From Deinococcota bacterium (GTDB lineage: Bacteria; Deinococcota; Deinococci; Deinococcales; Thermaceae): 64,000 nt of DNA. Both the position numbers and the translations under genes were made by a program. The stretch covers positions 8,438-72,437 of the forward strand of contig JBGFRI010000001.1 in NCBI GenBank assembly GCA_041695225.1. Reading direction: 5' to 3'. Below the pieces are notes generated by a model. The model searched no databases, had not been told where the DNA came from, and saw nothing but the letters and a program-made list of their open reading frames with translations. Below are positions 22,762 to 34,871 of the stretch, one piece after another (position 1 is the stretch's first letter; the number at the start of each line of letters is the position of its first letter).

Positions 22762-25700
22762 GTGACCCTCTATCTCAGCCTGCTCGGCCCGCCCCAGCTC
22801 TTGCTCGAGGATAAGCCTGTTGCGGGCCTGCCCCGCAAAGCCATTGCAATGGCAGCTTATCTGGCCGCGGTTGGTAAGCCGGTCGAACGTGGGCAGCTGG
22901 CCGACCTGTTGTGGGAGGGAGACGCAGAAGCAGTACGCCGGAATCTTCGCCAGGAACTGTTCCGACTGAAGAACACCCCCTGGGAACAGGTATTTGTACA
23001 TAGCCAACAGCACCTTGGGTTGGGGCAGGTGGAGACCGATCTCGAGGCTTTTGTGGCCCAGATGGCGAAAGGCGCCTGGTCCGAGGCAGTAGCCCTGTGG
23101 CGAGGCGGATTTTTGGCGGGTGTAGACCTTAAGGTTTCGGAGAGCTACTGGGACTGGCTGATTCCAGAGCGTGAACGATGGAGCCGGCTATACCACCAAG
23201 CCATGCTGGGCCTGGCCAACAGCCTGGAGGCGACAGGCCAGCCTGGCGAGGCGCTAAAAATCCATCTCAGGCTGCTTGACGAAGATCCCCTACAGGAAAC
23301 CGAGCAGCAAGCCGTAATGCGGCTGCACCTGCAGCTGGGCGACCGTCCGGCGGCGCACCGTCAGTTTGAGCGGTACCGGGTATTGCTGCGGGGCCAGCTC
23401 GGACTAGAACCCAGCACACAGATGAAGGCGTTTTTCGAGCAGCTGCGCGAAGAAGAGCCCTTGCCTGCGCAGCGAACCCTGGCCCAGCAGTTGAGCGAAC
23501 CACCCCTGGTGGGGCGAAGTGAGGACTGGGCCTGGCTCGAGGCGCACTGGGGGCGTGGGCTTTTGCTCATTCTTGCCGAGCCTGGGGTGGGCAAGAGCCG
23601 CCTGGCTATGGAGTATGCCAGGCATCAGGTGGGTGCGGGCCCCTCCGAGACCCTGCGCATTCGCCAGCGCGAGAGTGGGCAGGGCATTGGCTTTAGTGGT
23701 CTGCTGGAAGTCCTGCGCCAGGCACTGGAGCAGAATAAACTAACCAGCCTCGAGCCTACCTGGCGGCAGGAGCTAGCCCAGCTTCTGCCTGAACTGGGCC
23801 CTCGGTTAGGCAGCCCCAACAAGGCCCGGTTGTTTGAAGCCCTTTGCCGGTCCTTGCAGACCATAGTCCGCCCTGGTGGGGTAGTGCTATGGGATGACCT
23901 GCACTGGCTGGACTGGGCCAGCCTCGAGTTTCTGCCCTATCTGGCGCGCCGCGCGGGCAGCCTGGGCTTCTTCCTGCTGGGAACGGCCCGCCCCGAGGCC
24001 ATGCGCCAGGGCCAGCCGGTGCGACTGATCCTGCAAGAAATTGCCAGGGATGGCCGACTTTTTCCGCGTGAGCTGCAACCGCTCGATCAACAAACCCTGG
24101 TACAGCTACTGCGCCGCATGTCGGGCCAGCGCAAGGGCAGCGAACGTTTTGCCGTGCGCCTGTTCCAGGCCTCTGCAGGTAACATTTTTTATGTTCTGGA
24201 GGTTCTGCGCTATCTCTTCGATCAGGGTCTGTTGCGAGCCAAAGCGGGGGCCTGGCATACCCCCTTCGATAGCTTCACTACCGACTACGGTGAGCTGCCC
24301 TTGCCGCCGAGTGTGCGCGATGCACTGCTGGAACGGCTGCAACGCCTGGGCGAAGGGGTTATTCCCATCCTGCAGGCTCTGGCCGTGGCCGATTTTCCCC
24401 TCTCACCCGAGCTGGCGACAGGGCTCTTACGCCAGCTAAACTGTCCCCTGGATGCCCTAGAAAGCCTTACCCGGAGCGATTTCTTGCGCCTTGATGCTTC
24501 GGGCTATTCCCTGCGACATGAGCTGGTGCGGCAAGCGGTACTATCTGAAATAGGCGAGCCGCGGCGCCGCTGGCTGCACGGGCGCATCGCCGATGCGCTG
24601 CGCGAAATTGGCGGCCCTCTGCCAGAGCTCGCGGCACACCTCGAGGCGGCAGGCCAGCGGGCAGAAGCCTATATGGTACATCTGATGGCAGGCCGAAACC
24701 TGCGCCGCGGGCCGCTGGCCCGGCAAGCCCTGGAACACTATCGCAGCGCCCAGATGCTCTGCCCCGACACAGAACCGGAGCAGGAGCGCTTTCGCATCTT
24801 GATCGAGGCCGCCGAGACCAGGGTCTCGCTGGGGCAGCTGCAAATTCCCGAGCGGCAGGAGATGGTGCGGCTGGCCGACAATTTAGGTGATCACGAGCGC
24901 TTTCGGCTATTGTTGCTCAATGCCGATGTGGCCCTGGCCTCGGGGCGGGTCGCCGAGGGTATCGAGGCTGCCCGCGAGGCCATGCGCCTGGCCCAGACCC
25001 CCTGGCAGCGGGGCCAGGCCCTGTTCAAGCTGGCCTGGTTTGAGTACCGGGGCGGCAACCCCGATGCCCAGCTCGAGCCCTTGCTGGCCTCTATCCGGGC
25101 GTTTCACGATATAGGCGACCGGGCTATGGAGACTCTGGCTTTGCGTAATCTTTCCGGCTACTGGTTCCGCCTGGGTGACCAAGTTCAGCACAGTGAAAAC
25201 TACGCCAGAGCCGTCGCCCTTGCCAGCGAACTCGAGGACAGTCTGCTGCTGCGCCGCCTGCGAGCCGACAAGGTAATGGTGGACTGGGTCAAAGGCGAAT
25301 ACGCAACCAGCCTCCAGGTGGCCGAACTGCTCTACCACGAAGCCCGTGAACGCGGCGACTGGTGGGCGCTGTGGGACGCACTCCAAGGGTTGCTCCTTAA
25401 CGCGGCGGTGCTGGGCATGGAACCCGGGCTCGAGACCAGCGTCCAGCATGCCCTGGCGGAAGCCGCCGAGGTGGGAGCCTGGCGCGACCTGGCCCTGCTC
25501 CGCTCGGACTATGGCAATGCCCTGATGGTGGCGGGCCGGCTAACGGAAGCCCGGCGTGAGCTCGAGGCCGCCCTGCGCGACCTGCGCGAGATGGGCGAGC
25601 GCGCCCGCATCGGACATGTGCTCTTCAATCTGGGGTTTACCCTGCTCGAGCAAGGCGAGCTAAAGCGCGGCCTGGATTTTCTGGAAGAGTCGGTGCATAT

Positions 25701-26025
25701 CTGGCAAGACCGCAAGGAGCACCGCCACACCGCCCGTTCCCTGGCAGCCATGGCCTTTGGCCACCTGCGCCGGGGCGACCGCAAGGCAGCCCGGCAGGTC
25801 TCCGAAAAAGCTTACAACCTGCGCGCACCCTGGGCCCTGGGTATCTACGACCTGCCGCTGGTGCTCTACGCCCGCGCCAGGGCTCTGGGAGAAAGGCAGG
25901 GCCGGCCCTACCTGCTCCAAACCCAGCAACTGCTGCGCGACCTAGCCCAGCAACAACCAGAACAGCTCTCCCAGCAACTCCTGTCCAACCGCTATGTGGT
26001 CTGGGCGCTTGGGAAAAAGGTCTAG
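22762..26025 (+). CDS. SARP/BTAD transcriptional activator with STAND AAA ATPase and TPR repeats
   Basis: N-terminal LLGPPQL..LADLLW..RRNLRQEL; BTAD LWRGGFL..DPLQE; Walker A AEPGVGKS; Walker B DDLHW; helical C-terminus. Confidence 0.9.
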   Translation: MTLYLSLLGPPQLLLEDKPVAGLPRKAIAMAAYLAAVGKPVERGQLADLLWEGDAEAVRRNLRQELFRLKNTPWEQVFVHSQQHLGLGQVETDLEAFVAQMAKGAWSEAVALWRGGFLAGVDLKVSESYWDWLIPERERWSRLYHQAMLGLANSLEATGQPGEALKIHLRLLDEDPLQETEQQAVMRLHLQLGDRPAAHRQFERYRVLLRGQLGLEPSTQMKAFFEQLREEEPLPAQRTLAQQLSEPPLVGRSEDWAWLEAHWGRGLLLILAEPGVGKSRLAMEYARHQVGAGPSETLRIRQRESGQGIGFSGLLEVLRQALEQNKLTSLEPTWRQELAQLLPELGPRLGSPNKARLFEALCRSLQTIVRPGGVVLWDDLHWLDWASLEFLPYLARRAGSLGFFLLGTARPEAMRQGQPVRLILQEIARDGRLFPRELQPLDQQTLVQLLRRMSGQRKGSERFAVRLFQASAGNIFYVLEVLRYLFDQGLLRAKAGAWHTPFDSFTTDYGELPLPPSVRDALLERLQRLGEGVIPILQALAVADFPLSPELATGLLRQLNCPLDALESLTRSDFLRLDASGYSLRHELVRQAVLSEIGEPRRRWLHGRIADALREIGGPLPELAAHLEAAGQRAEAYMVHLMAGRNLRRGPLARQALEHYRSAQMLCPDTEPEQERFRILIEAAETRVSLGQLQIPERQEMVRLADNLGDHERFRLLLLNADVALASGRVAEGIEAAREAMRLAQTPWQRGQALFKLAWFEYRGGNPDAQLEPLLASIRAFHDIGDRAMETLALRNLSGYWFRLGDQVQHSENYARAVALASELEDSLLLRRLRADKVMVDWVKGEYATSLQVAELLYHEARERGDWWALWDALQGLLLNAAVLGMEPGLETSVQHALAEAAEVGAWRDLALLRSDYGNALMVAGRLTEARRELEAALRDLREMGERARIGHVLFNLGFTLLEQGELKRGLDFLEESVHIWQDRKEHRHTARSLAAMAFGHLRRGDRKAARQVSEKAYNLRAPWALGIYDLPLVLYARARALGERQGRPYLLQTQQLLRDLAQQQPEQLSQQLLSNRYVVWALGKKV

Positions 26026-26042
26026 CCGAACAACCAAATTCC

Positions 26043-26075
26043 GTAACGGCAATATAACGCTGCCCAATTTAGCCT
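26043..26075 (+). promoter_or_regulatory. Putative SARP-binding direct repeat and -10 box
   Basis: TAACG at 26044 and 26055 (11-bp period), then TAGCCT at 26070. Confidence 0.5.
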
Positions 26076-26122
26076 CGAGCTGGCTACAACCCGAAACCCT
26101 CTGGTTGAGCTAGGAGGTTTAT

Positions 26123-27388
26123 ATGAAACGCGTGTTCTGGCTTCTGAGTATGAGTCTAGTTATATGGCTGATGGCCTGCTCCGGAGGAAGCAGCACCACA
26201 CCCCAGACCATTACGGTTGCCGGTACCGTAATCGGTTTCAATTTGCAGCCTGTTGCTAGTGTGCCGGTGGTCATAACCACTGGCAGCGCCAGTCTCAGCA
26301 CCACCACCAACGCAAGCGGTGCTTTCAGCGTTGGCGGGGTGACACCCCCGTATGACGCAACTGTTTTAGCTGGGAGCCAGGCGCTCACTTATAAGGGTTT
26401 GACTCGGACCGATCCAACCCTGTTTTTTCTTGGGTCTGCCCCAGGGGTTGCTCGAGCAGCATCCCTTAGTGGAACGGTTTCCGGTGGCGCAGGCTTCCCC
26501 CAGCCTGCAAACCACCGGACCATAACCGCTTTTGGATCGCCCGAGGCGGTGGATAGCGCAACGGCCAACACTACTACGGGTGCTTATAACATGGGTACGG
26601 TAAGCTGGTTTGGCCCCACTACTACTACAGGGAATATCCGTGCGCTTCAGTGGCAGTTCGATGGAACCAACCTGCCCACCGACTATACTGGGTATGGGGA
26701 AAAGCTCAACGTAACACTGTCTGATGGTGGAGCATTTACCGGTCAAAACGTCGCCATGTCTGGGGTAAGCGAGGCCACTATCTCGGGGTCGGTCAGTCTT
26801 CCAGCCGGATACAGCCTAGGAAGCAAACGACTGGCGGTTGGGTTTGCAGACCGGTCGCTCATCAGTGTGCTGTTCGATACCGGCGCCAGCACCAGTTTCG
26901 TCTACACCACACCCAATGTCACTGGGGCTACCATCCAAATGCAAGTTACTGCGGCCAATGGTGCAGGAACCAGTGTGGTAACAACCAGACCAGGTCTGGC
27001 CGTCAATGCAACCAGCGTTTCGATTCCCCTGCCGGCGGGCTCGGATCTGAGCCTGCCGCCAAATGTCGCTACCAATGTAAACAACAGCACAACCTTCTCC
27101 TATACGCCTTTCTCGGGAGGTGTACACTTCGTAGTGTTTAACGGCCCTGGCACAAGCCCCGATTATGTGGTGCTAACCACGGCCGCCAGCACTACCATTC
27201 CCAATCTTAGCTCGGTCGGGCTTGGGCTGCCCGCGTCCACAGTCTATACCTGGCAAGTCTATGGGCTAGCGCCGTTCGCAAGCGTAAACGCTGCTGCTGG
27301 GCCTGGCGGTTGGCTGGCAGCCTTCCTGGGTACCGCCGAAGGCAGCATTAGTGTTTCCGCAAGCCGCACATTCACCACTGCACCCTGA
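26123..27388 (+). CDS. Secreted Thr/Ser/Gly-rich lipoprotein of unknown function
   Basis: Lipobox LMAC, GGAGG RBS, N-terminal segment resembling a carboxypeptidase-regulatory-like domain (TTNASGAFS). Confidence 0.8.
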   Translation: MKRVFWLLSMSLVIWLMACSGGSSTTPQTITVAGTVIGFNLQPVASVPVVITTGSASLSTTTNASGAFSVGGVTPPYDATVLAGSQALTYKGLTRTDPTLFFLGSAPGVARAASLSGTVSGGAGFPQPANHRTITAFGSPEAVDSATANTTTGAYNMGTVSWFGPTTTTGNIRALQWQFDGTNLPTDYTGYGEKLNVTLSDGGAFTGQNVAMSGVSEATISGSVSLPAGYSLGSKRLAVGFADRSLISVLFDTGASTSFVYTTPNVTGATIQMQVTAANGAGTSVVTTRPGLAVNATSVSIPLPAGSDLSLPPNVATNVNNSTTFSYTPFSGGVHFVVFNGPGTSPDYVVLTTAASTTIPNLSSVGLGLPASTVYTWQVYGLAPFASVNAAAGPGGWLAAFLGTAEGSISVSASRTFTTAP

Positions 27389-27403
27389 GGCATTCAGACC
27401 TAG

Positions 27404-27428
27404 GGGGCCGGGGACTTCCCCCGGCCTT
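27404..27428. terminator. Hairpin between convergent genes
   Basis: GGCCGGGG-ACTT-CCCCGGCC. Confidence 0.65.
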
Positions 27429-27444
27429 ATTGCTAACTGTTTAG

Positions 27445-28050
27445 CTAAAACCGGCTGGCCACCTTGTCCCAGTTGACCACGTTCCAGATGGCGGCCAGAT
27501 AGTCGGGGCGGCGGTTCTGGTACTTGAGGTAGTAGGCGTGTTCCCACACGTCAATACCCAGCAGGGGGGTGTGGCCTTCCATCAGGGGGGAGTCCTGGTT
27601 GGCAGTGCTGTAGACCTGCAGCTTGCCGGAGGCATCCTTCACCAGCCAGCTCCAGCCCGAGCCAAAGCGGGTCAGGCCGGCCTGGGTCAGCCGGGTTTTT
27701 AGGTCGTCGAAGGAGCCAAAAGTTGCCGTGATGGCCTCGGCCAGACTGCCGCCGGGCTGCCTGGCCCCGCCGGGGGTCAGGATGTCCCAGAACAGGGTGT
27801 GGTTGTGGTGGCCGCCGCCGTTGTTGCGCACCGCCGTGCGGATGTCTTCGGGTACCTGGGCGATTTTGGTCAACAGGTCTTCGATGCTCCAGCCGTGGAT
27901 GGCGGAGTGTTTCTCCAGGGCCGTATTCAGGTTGGTCACGTAGGCGTTGTGGTGCTTGCCATGGTGAATTTCCATGGTCTGGGCGTCAATGTGGGGCTCG
28001 AGGGCATCCTTGGCATAACCGAGGTCGGGCAGCTTGAAGGGATAGCTCAT
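27445..28050 (-). CDS. sodA: Superoxide dismutase (Mn/Fe)
   Basis: [20 protein letters not shown] and DVWEHAYY motifs. Confidence 0.97.
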   Translation of the reverse strand: MSYPFKLPDLGYAKDALEPHIDAQTMEIHHGKHHNAYVTNLNTALEKHSAIHGWSIEDLLTKIAQVPEDIRTAVRNNGGGHHNHTLFWDILTPGGARQPGGSLAEAITATFGSFDDLKTRLTQAGLTRFGSGWSWLVKDASGKLQVYSTANQDSPLMEGHTPLLGIDVWEHAYYLKYQNRRPDYLAAIWNVVNWDKVASRF

Positions 28051-28161
28051 ACTTGTACCTCCGTGCTGTACTTTACGCCCGCGCTCGGACGAAACGCTGT
28101 GACTGGGGACTCAAAATAGCGGGCAGAGAAGCAGGGCGCGGGGCCAAAGCTGCGTAAGCCT

Positions 28162-28182
28162 GTAGGGTGCGGCACGCACCAC
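28162..28182 (+). repeat. GTAG-family REP, left
   Basis: GTAGGGTGCGGCACGCACCAC; exact reverse complement at 28955-28975. Confidence 0.85.
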
Positions 28183-28198
28183 TGCTTCTGAAACATTG

Positions 28199-28750
28199 TT
28201 ACTCGAGCCTCTTCCAGTAAGGCTCCTCAAAGTAAACAGCATCACCCCACCCGGCTTCATACAACCCCTTGCGAACACACTGTCCAAAGGTTGAATAAGG
28301 CCACTCCCCTGGCTTTTGCTCCAGCCCATGTTTGACCGGGTTGAAGTGAATATAGTCCATGTGGCGAGCGAAATCCCGCTCATCTTTGATGCGGTGCTCC
28401 CAGAAGCGCCGCTGCCACAGAGTGGATTCTTTACGCTTTTGCCGGGACCTGGACAATCGGCCTGGATCAAAGTACAGATGCCCGATTCTCCGGCTAACCC
28501 CGGCTTTGATCTGCAGCCAGCGCTGAGAAAAATCTGAATCGTCTTCTGGAAGCGTCCAGATGCAGTGCAGGTGATCGGGCAGAAGCACCCAGGCCCGGGT
28601 AGTGAAGGGCAGGGTCTGGCGAACCTAACCAATGGACAGTCTTAGGGCCGTTCGGAAGGGTTCATCAAGCAGAATTCTCTGGCGTTGATAGGTGACTACT
28701 GTGAAGAAATAGCAGCCTCCTTTGAGATAATCACGGCGATAGTTGGGCAT
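28199..28750 (-). pseudogene. REP-associated tyrosine transposase (RAYT, Y1 HUH) with an in-frame stop
   Basis: MPNYRR..GGCYFFTVVT..SIG*VRQ..LPDHLHCIW..WQRRFWEH..YIHFNPVKHG. TAG at 28625-28627 (codon 42). Confidence 0.9.
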
Positions 28751-28814
28751 ACGTGGGTAATTCTATCGGGGGGTTTGCGGTGGGGTTGTGCGTGTGGTCT
28801 ACTTACCCAGAATG

Positions 28815-28975
28815 GCGGTGCGTGCTACAAACTACAAACTGGCTATTGTCCAGTCTATAGCGGGGTTTGTGGTCGAGTTGTGCATGAGCCTGTGTTTACA
28901 AACTGGTTGGCGCTCCTGAGCTGGCGGTGCGTGCCGCCCCTGCAAACTGATATGGTGGTGCGTGCCGCACCCTAC
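28815..28975 (-). repeat. GTAG-family REP cluster, right
   Basis: Intact copy at 28955-28975; degenerate copies at 28924-28943 and 28815-28835. Confidence 0.8.
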
Positions 28976-28992
28976 TCCTAATCAACCAGGCA

Positions 28993-30384
<1,392 letters not shown>

Positions 30385-30649
30385 AGCATCCCTATTGTAT
30401 GGGTGGGCTACTACCTGGGTAAAAGGGCAGATAGTCCCGCTGGAGGCAGACCCTAGAGTTTAGAGCAAGCTCTGCCAGTGTTTAGGCCGGTGCGAAACGT
30501 ACCCGGAGCCACGGCGCTTTGATCTCCTGGACCCACCCAGATAGGTGACTGCTGAGCTAAAAGTCGAAAACACCGCGCCCCTGACGGCTCGAGCTCGAGC
30601 CCTCAAGGGCGATGCAAGGCTCGTGCATCCACCAGAAATTGAAAACACC

Positions 30650-30804
30650 TCATTGCGAGCACCCCTCTCGACTGGCTCGGGGCAGGCTCCGGACAAGCCC
30701 TGAGGCGTAGCCGAAGAGGAAGCAATCCCGATCAGTCCAGCGGCCAGAGTGCGCATGTGTCCCTTCTGGATTGCTTTGTCGGCCTGGTGGCCTCCTCGCA
30801 ATGC
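30650..30804. repeat. TCATTGCGA...GAAGCAATCC palindromic element with a nested REP module
   Basis: Shares gaggcgtagccgaag..gaagcaatcc..ggatt..tttgtcggcct..gcctcctcgcaa with 22623-22740. Confidence 0.75.
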
Positions 30805-30905
30805 GGGGTGGGGGCGACCTGAGACCTGCGACCTGATACACAGCATCCTCGCAAAGCCGAGAGAGGGGCCAACAACTTTACGCAGCTGTACTAAGATAAG
30901 TTGTT

Positions 30906-31376
30906 ATGAACGCGGCCAACCCCCCATACCGAGCGGCGCTGGAAGAAAGCCCGGAACATTTCTGGGAACGCTTTTCGCAGTACGCCCAGACCTGGCCCAT
31001 CAGCCCCGAGCCGCTGGGCAGCCCTCTGCTCGAGGTACTTACATCCCTTGGCCCTCTGTTTGCTTTTGACCGCTGCCTGGCGCCCTTGTCGGGTAGTGTG
31101 ACCCCTTTGATTTTTCACGGGCAGGTAGAAGACTGGAACCCGGACCAAAACACCAACAACGTCCAGCACTTGGGCGGTGGGCGGTATCAGTTTACCGGTC
31201 AGGTGCAAGCCGTTCTGGATGCCAGTTTTTTCGTGTTGCAGGTAGAAAGCCCTAATAGTGAGCCCCACCTGCGGTTGGTGCTGGGCGCCCTAGACCCTCC
31301 AGGAGTGGGAAGCTGGGTCACGGTACGACTGGCCCCCCCGCTGATGGTGTTTCGCCCCGATTCGAACCCACGCTAA
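30906..31376 (+). CDS. Hypothetical protein
   Basis: 156-aa ORF with TAAGAT shortly upstream of the ATG; no family recognised. Confidence 0.7.
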   Translation: MNAANPPYRAALEESPEHFWERFSQYAQTWPISPEPLGSPLLEVLTSLGPLFAFDRCLAPLSGSVTPLIFHGQVEDWNPDQNTNNVQHLGGGRYQFTGQVQAVLDASFFVLQVESPNSEPHLRLVLGALDPPGVGSWVTVRLAPPLMVFRPDSNPR

Positions 31377-31766
31377 ACGATCTAACTTAATCCTGCTAGA
31401 GAGCTGCTTCACCTCTCATTTTGCTTGCCAATGCTGGTACAGGCTAATGAATCTGGGCACGGTGTTCATGAGCTTGGTAGATTGGCTGTAGGAGTTGGGC
31501 AGACTGAGTGTGGCGATGATTTGTACACGCCCTGCCGATAACAGCTGACCTATGCCAGAAGCGATACTCGGGCCAATGGTATGCTTAGAGTCTTTCAAGG
31601 AAGGTTTTGTTGTGGTAGTGGGCCAGGATTGTGTGCCCGCGTCGGCTATGGTGTGGTAACTTGTGCATGAAATGCTCTATTTAGACCAGAGGGGGCTCTT
31701 TGGCGGGTATAATTGCCATTGTTCTCGTCGAATCTGTAAACCATTATTTTTTGTGGTTTTACCCAT

Positions 31767-34700
31767 ATGACCTGTCCCCGCTGTGGCCATACTAATGCTG
31801 CCGGTGAAGAGAGCTGTGCGCGTTGTGGTAATACTTTGTTGCCGGGGGGTAGTTTTGTACAGGAACGGCGCTGGGTGAGCGCGGTGTTTTTCGACCTCTC
31901 CCGCTTTACCGAGTATGCGCTGGCACATCCGCTAGAGGACACCTGGCAGGCAGCCAATACGGCTTTAAAGACGGCCGCCAACCACGTTCGGCTATACGGT
32001 GGGCATATAGACAAGTTCTTTGGCGACGGCTTTCTGGCAGTGTTTGGGGTTCCACGCAGCCAGGAATCTGATGCGCGGGCGGCGCTGGAAGCGGCGCAGG
32101 CTATGGTGGCCTCGAGTACCCTGCCGGGGCGAGCTGGTGTGGCCAGTGGGCTGGTTTTGCGTACACCCTTGGGTGGGGGGTTGGCCGGTGACCAGACCGT
32201 GCTGGGGCCTGCCGTCAACCTATCCCAGCGACTGTCGCAAGCCGCACCGCCGGGCGAGGTCTGGTGTGACGCCACCACCATGCGCCTGGTTCCAGGTGTG
32301 CTAACCGATGCCCTGCCCCCCCAGCCACTCAAGGGCTATGCCGAACCCCTGGCACCCTTTCGCTATCTGGGTTTGCGCTCGGATCCACCGGATGCGCTAG
32401 GGCGTGACCGAGAGGTACAAATCTTACGGCAAACCCTTGAAGTCGTGCGCGCAGGAGCAGGGCGGCGGGTGGTGCTGTACGGGCCGATGGGGGTGGGCAA
32501 GTCGCACCTGGCTCAGCACTTTGTCCAGACCCTTCCCGCAGGGGTGCGGGGGGTGGTAGCCCCACGCCTGACTGGCGGAGTGGCCCTGCGCTATGCCTTG
32601 CGTCAGGGCCTGCAAAAGCTGTTGGTTGACGGGCTTTCGCAGCTTCGACAGCTAAAGCTGCCCGAGCACCTGCGCGCCATTCTGGATTTCAGCATCGGCA
32701 TCGAAGAGCACCCCGGCCTGCCCACCAACGAGCTGGATGGCCTGCTGGTTCAGACCTGGTGGTTGCTGCTGGCCCGCATTGCCCAGAACAGTCCCATTGT
32801 GGTGGTGCTGGAAGATATGCACAATGCCGATCCAACCGTACTCGATTTCACCCGGCAGCCAGCCCCACCGGGGGTGATGTTGCTGCTGGTTGCCCGGCAA
32901 AACCGCTGGGATGCGCACGACGACCTGGTCTCTTTGCCCCTGGAGCCCCTCTCGCTTGAGGATACCCAGCACCTGATTTTGCGCGCCCGCCCCGAACTTG
33001 GCCCTGCTACCAGTCTGCACCTGGCCGAGGCCAGCGGGGGTTATCCGCTGGCCGTCCAGGCCCTGAGCCTGACCCCTAGTGGCGAACCCGAGCCCATCCC
33101 GCTCTACCAGCCCCGGCTGGATAGTCTGCCCCGGCTGGCCCGGGTGGCCCTGCAAGCTGCTGCTGTACTGGGTTCCACTGCTCCGCCTGAACTGGTGCGG
33201 CATCTGGTCGGAGAGGAGGCCGACCTGACACGCCTGGTGGGGGAGGGTTTTCTCGAGGCCGATGAACACGGGCAGCTGCGCTTTGCCATTCCCTGGCTGC
33301 GCGAAGCAACTTTGGGCCAGGTGGGGGGGCAGCAGGTGCAGAACTGGCACCAGCAGGCGGCCCGCTGGTATCAGCGGCAGGGGCGTCTGGCCGAAGCCGC
33401 TACCCACCTCGAGGCTGCGGGCGATACCACGACCGCCTACCGGATGTGGCGGGTGGTAGCCCAGCAAGCCTGGAACGAGGAGCGCTACCCGGGGGCAATT
33501 CTGGGCTACCTCGAGGCCCTGCGCCTGGCCGAGGGCAGTATGCGCTGGCAGGCTGCGCTCGAAGCCGCCCAGGCCCACCTGACCCTGGGCCGTTATGCCG
33601 AAGCCCTCGAGCTGGCCAGCCTTCCCCTGCAAACCCAGGACTTACCGGTCGCGCTGCGCCAGCAGGTCTGGGCTGTTCGGCTCGAGGCCTGCCTGGCCCT
33701 GGGCCGGGCCGACCTGGTTGAACTGCCCAGACCAGAAGAAATTGTCGAGCCGCGTCTGACCCTGGCGCTTGCCCGTACTGCCCCGCTCAAGGAGGCTCGA
33801 GCCCTGCTAGAAAGCCTTCCGGCCAGCCTCGAGGGAAATGCCTTCCTGGTGCGTGCAAAAGCCTGGCTACGGTCAGGGCAGGTTGAACGGGCCCAGGTAG
33901 AGAGTGAGGTCTACCTGAGTGAGTATGCCAGCACCCCTGCCGCATGCTTTGAAGCCCGGCAGATACTGTCCGAGGCCCTCTGGCGGCAGTTCAAGCCAAA
34001 CGATGCCTTGCAAGCCCTGGGCCAGCCACCTGGCGACGCGCTACCGGCCTGGTTTAGCAGTCTGTACAAAAGCAGCCTGGCGGCTTTGTGGCTAGATCTG
34101 GGCGATTTTCAAGCAGCCGCAGCCCTGCTGGAAGAGAGCCTGCCGTTGCTCGAAGGTGCGCCAGCATGGGTTATCGAACAGGCAAGCCGGGTTCGTGTGC
34201 GCTTTCTGATCGAGTCGGGCCAGCTCGATGATGCGCTTGACTTTGGCGAATCCGCCGTGGCCAAAGCACCATCTCCCAGCCTGCTGGCGCATCTGGCCCT
34301 GGCCTATGCGCTGGCCCCCGGAAGGCAGAGCTGGCTCATGTTACAACGCCTGGTTCGCGGCCTGGATGGCGTCCAAGACCTCGAGGTTCAGGCCGTTTGT
34401 GAACTGGCGTTGGGGCTTCGCACCTGGCATCAGGGGCAGGGTGGCTTCACCCACCTGCGTAACGCCGCCTTGCTTGCCCGGCGTAGCCAGAACCCAAGCT
34501 GCTACTTTTATGCCCTCACGGCCCTCGGGCTGCTTCAGCAGGCCCAGGCCCCGCAAAAGGCCATGGCAGTCTCACATCACCTGCTAAGGCAGACCGCAGG
34601 TTGTGGTTTTGATGTACAAAACGGATATGCTCGACTCCTTCGGGCGCAGCTTTTGCTGGCTCTTGGGCGTGAACCTGCCGGACTTTTGGAGTTCGAGACC

Positions 34701-34871
34701 AAAACCCCGCTGGCCCAGCTCTGGAAAGCCCTTTTGCTGGGTACGCAGGGAGAAGAGCCCAGCCCAAAGCCCGGGCAATTTCGCGGGTACGGCATTTTGG
34801 GAGTCTGGGCCAGGTGGTTTGCCCACAAGCCTTTACGTGGGCTGGAACTGCCTTCCGAAACTCGGGAATGA
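31767..34871 (+). CDS. Double zinc ribbon + class III adenylate/guanylate cyclase + STAND AAA ATPase + TPR protein
   Basis: CPRC..CARC, FFDLSRFT, DKFFGDG, GPAVNLSQRL, Walker A GPMGVGKS and Walker B LEDMH. Confidence 0.9.
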   Translation: MTCPRCGHTNAAGEESCARCGNTLLPGGSFVQERRWVSAVFFDLSRFTEYALAHPLEDTWQAANTALKTAANHVRLYGGHIDKFFGDGFLAVFGVPRSQESDARAALEAAQAMVASSTLPGRAGVASGLVLRTPLGGGLAGDQTVLGPAVNLSQRLSQAAPPGEVWCDATTMRLVPGVLTDALPPQPLKGYAEPLAPFRYLGLRSDPPDALGRDREVQILRQTLEVVRAGAGRRVVLYGPMGVGKSHLAQHFVQTLPAGVRGVVAPRLTGGVALRYALRQGLQKLLVDGLSQLRQLKLPEHLRAILDFSIGIEEHPGLPTNELDGLLVQTWWLLLARIAQNSPIVVVLEDMHNADPTVLDFTRQPAPPGVMLLLVARQNRWDAHDDLVSLPLEPLSLEDTQHLILRARPELGPATSLHLAEASGGYPLAVQALSLTPSGEPEPIPLYQPRLDSLPRLARVALQAAAVLGSTAPPELVRHLVGEEADLTRLVGEGFLEADEHGQLRFAIPWLREATLGQVGGQQVQNWHQQAARWYQRQGRLAEAATHLEAAGDTTTAYRMWRVVAQQAWNEERYPGAILGYLEALRLAEGSMRWQAALEAAQAHLTLGRYAEALELASLPLQTQDLPVALRQQVWAVRLEACLALGRADLVELPRPEEIVEPRLTLALARTAPLKEARALLESLPASLEGNAFLVRAKAWLRSGQVERAQVESEVYLSEYASTPAACFEARQILSEALWRQFKPNDALQALGQPPGDALPAWFSSLYKSSLAALWLDLGDFQAAAALLEESLPLLEGAPAWVIEQASRVRVRFLIESGQLDDALDFGESAVAKAPSPSLLAHLALAYALAPGRQSWLMLQRLVRGLDGVQDLEVQAVCELALGLRTWHQGQGGFTHLRNAALLARRSQNPSCYFYALTALGLLQQAQAPQKAMAVSHHLLRQTAGCGFDVQNGYARLLRAQLLLALGREPAGLLEFETKTPLAQLWKALLLGTQGEEPSPKPGQFRGYGILGVWARWFAHKPLRGLELPSETRE

